Shown here in pieces: positions 62,215-64,000 of a stretch of 64,000 bases of DNA. The notes under the pieces were generated by a model. It was given only the letters and a program-made list of their open reading frames with translations, was not told the DNA's origin and did not search any database. Origin of the DNA: Stegostoma tigrinum. Lineage: Eukaryota. The stretch's first letter is position 1. Each line of letters starts with the position of its first letter. The stretch is taken from assembly GCF_030684315.1 (NCBI RefSeq), contig NC_081387.1:5064497-5128496 (forward strand). The letters run 5' to 3'. Position numbers and translations under genes: made by a program.

Positions 62215-63560
62215 CATCCTTCATGGCAGGACATCTGACCTCCCATCTTCACATTGAGAATTCCCTCCATCATGTTGTGTGGCACTATCACCATGTGAAA
62301 TGGGACAGACTTTGAACAAATCTAGCAACTCAAGACTGGCCTGGCATATCCCCCACTCAATCATTGCCATCAAGCCAAGGGATCAACCCTGGTTCAGTGG
62401 ACAGTGCAGGAGCAGCATCAGGCATTCCTAAAAATGAGGTATGAACCTGGCAGAGCCACCATAACAGGGTGACATGCCACGCAAATAGCATAAGCAGCAA
62501 GTGATAGACAGAGCTAAGCAATTCCACAACCAATAGACCAGATCTAAGCTCTGCAGTCCAGCTACATCCAGCTGTGAATGTTGGTGGACAATTAAACAAC
62601 TCACTAGAGGAGGAGGCTCCATAAATATCTCTATCCTCAATGATGGAAAAGCCCAGCACATCAGTGCAAAAGATCAGGCTGAAACTTTTGCAGCAATTTT
62701 CAGCCAGAAATATTGAGTGAATGATCCATCTCAGCCTCCTCCAGTGGTCCCCACCATTACAAATGCCAGTCTTCATCCAATTCAATTCACTCCATGCGAT
62801 ATTAACAAATGACTGGAGGCAGTGGATACTGCAAAAGCTATGGGCCCTGACAATATTCTGGTAATAGGACTGAAGCCACATGCTCCAGAACTTGTCATTC
62901 TCCTAGCCAAGTTGTTCCAGTACAATTACAATGCTAGCATCTGCCTGACAGTGTGGAAAGTTGCCCAAGTATGTCCTAACACCAAAAGCAGGGCAATCCC
63001 ATCTGGCCAGTTATCACCCCATCAGTCTACTGTTGATCTAGATTACGGTGATGGAAGGTGTCAGTAACAGTGCCATCAAGCAGCACCTGCTCAGCAATAA
63101 CCCGCTCAGTGACGCCCAGTTTGGGTTCTGCCAGGGCCACTCAGCTCCTGACCTCATTACAGCCTTGGTTCAAACATGGGCAAAATCGTCGAATTCCAGA
63201 GCCGAGGTGAGAGTGACAGCTCATGGTATCAAGGCTGCATTTGACTGAATGTGGCATCAAGGAGTCCTAGTAAAATTGGAATTAATGAGCATCGGGGCAA
63301 ACTCTCCATTGGTTAGAGGTTTACCTGGCACAGAGGAAGATGGTTGTGGTTGGTTGAGGTCAGTCATCTCAGCCACAGGACATCTCTGTGGGAGGTCCTC
63401 AGGGTAGTGTCCTCGGCCCAACCATCTTCAGCTGGTTCATCAATGACCTTCCCTCCATCATAAGGCCAGAAGTGGAATGATTGTCGATGATTGCACAATG
63501 TTCAGCACGTTCATGACTCCTCAGATACTGATGCAGGTCCGTGCTCAAATTCAGCAAACA
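62215..63560 (+). mobile_element. LINE ORF2 fragment of the same family as 9645-11520, in inverted orientation
   Basis: KAMGPDN, QFGF, KAAFD, PQGSVLGP; a tRNA-like SINE head lies just upstream at about 62060-62210. Confidence 0.9.
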
Positions 63561-64000
63561 TGGAATAAACAAAATGATGAAGGGGAGTAATTTGGACCTG
63601 TAAGAGCTGCTCCTTTTCTTGAGTGTACTTTCAGTGCTGAAGCTGATTTCCTCGATTTCTTGTAGCAGTAATTACTGTTTTATAAGCTGTGCTTTGTTTT
63701 TGGAAATTTGAAAAAAAGTGACCAAAACAATGGGACTTGAACTGGGAGAAAAGAGAGAGAGTGGGAGACCATGTGGGAGGTTGATTGAAGAACTACTCTA
63801 GAAGTCTGAAAAAAATCAAGCAATGAATTTTTACAGCTGACTGGCCGCCAAGTTATGGGCATTTCTGAACTGTTCTGAGGACGGGCCACTGGACCCGAAG
63901 CGTTGACTCAGTTTTCTCCTCCACAGGTGCTGCCAGACCTGCTGAGCTTTTCCAGCAACTTTGTTTTTGTTGTTGATGTTGTTATTGTAGTTGGAATCAA

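Overview
Repeat-rich vertebrate genomic DNA, most likely from a shark (inferred from the MHC protein and the repeat families: tRNA-derived V-SINEs, CR1, L2, Rex1/Babar, Tx1, Gypsy and Penelope-like elements). The only host gene I can reconstruct is an intact MHC class II alpha-chain gene on the minus strand, spanning about 36 kb. Its exons are: exon 1 signal peptide 49196-49130, exon 2 alpha1 33793-33545, exon 3 alpha2 Ig-C1 26273-25992, exon 4 TM/cytoplasmic 22463-22318, and a probable 3'-UTR exon 5 at about 13742-13245. The CDS is 744 nt (247 aa), with GT-AG phase-1 introns and an X-19bp-Y promoter. I recognise no class II beta exons. Most remaining sequence is retroelement debris. Signals beyond the gene include: (1) several families of Penelope-like termini carrying hammerhead-ribozyme cores, including three ~190-220 bp palindromic mini-elements with 14-17 bp target-site duplications (TSDs) and a young 2.4 kb copy in sense orientation in intron 3; (2) a second X/Y-like module at the left edge; (3) a CpG island on the peptide-binding exon next to a 2.2 kb purine/pyrimidine tract; (4) a probable gene-conversion tract between inverted LINEs that bracket the gene; (5) a candidate spliced plus-strand transcript near 2-3.7 kb. 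All alignments and counts were done by eye and no database searches were run. There is no CRISPR array or prokaryotic feature.
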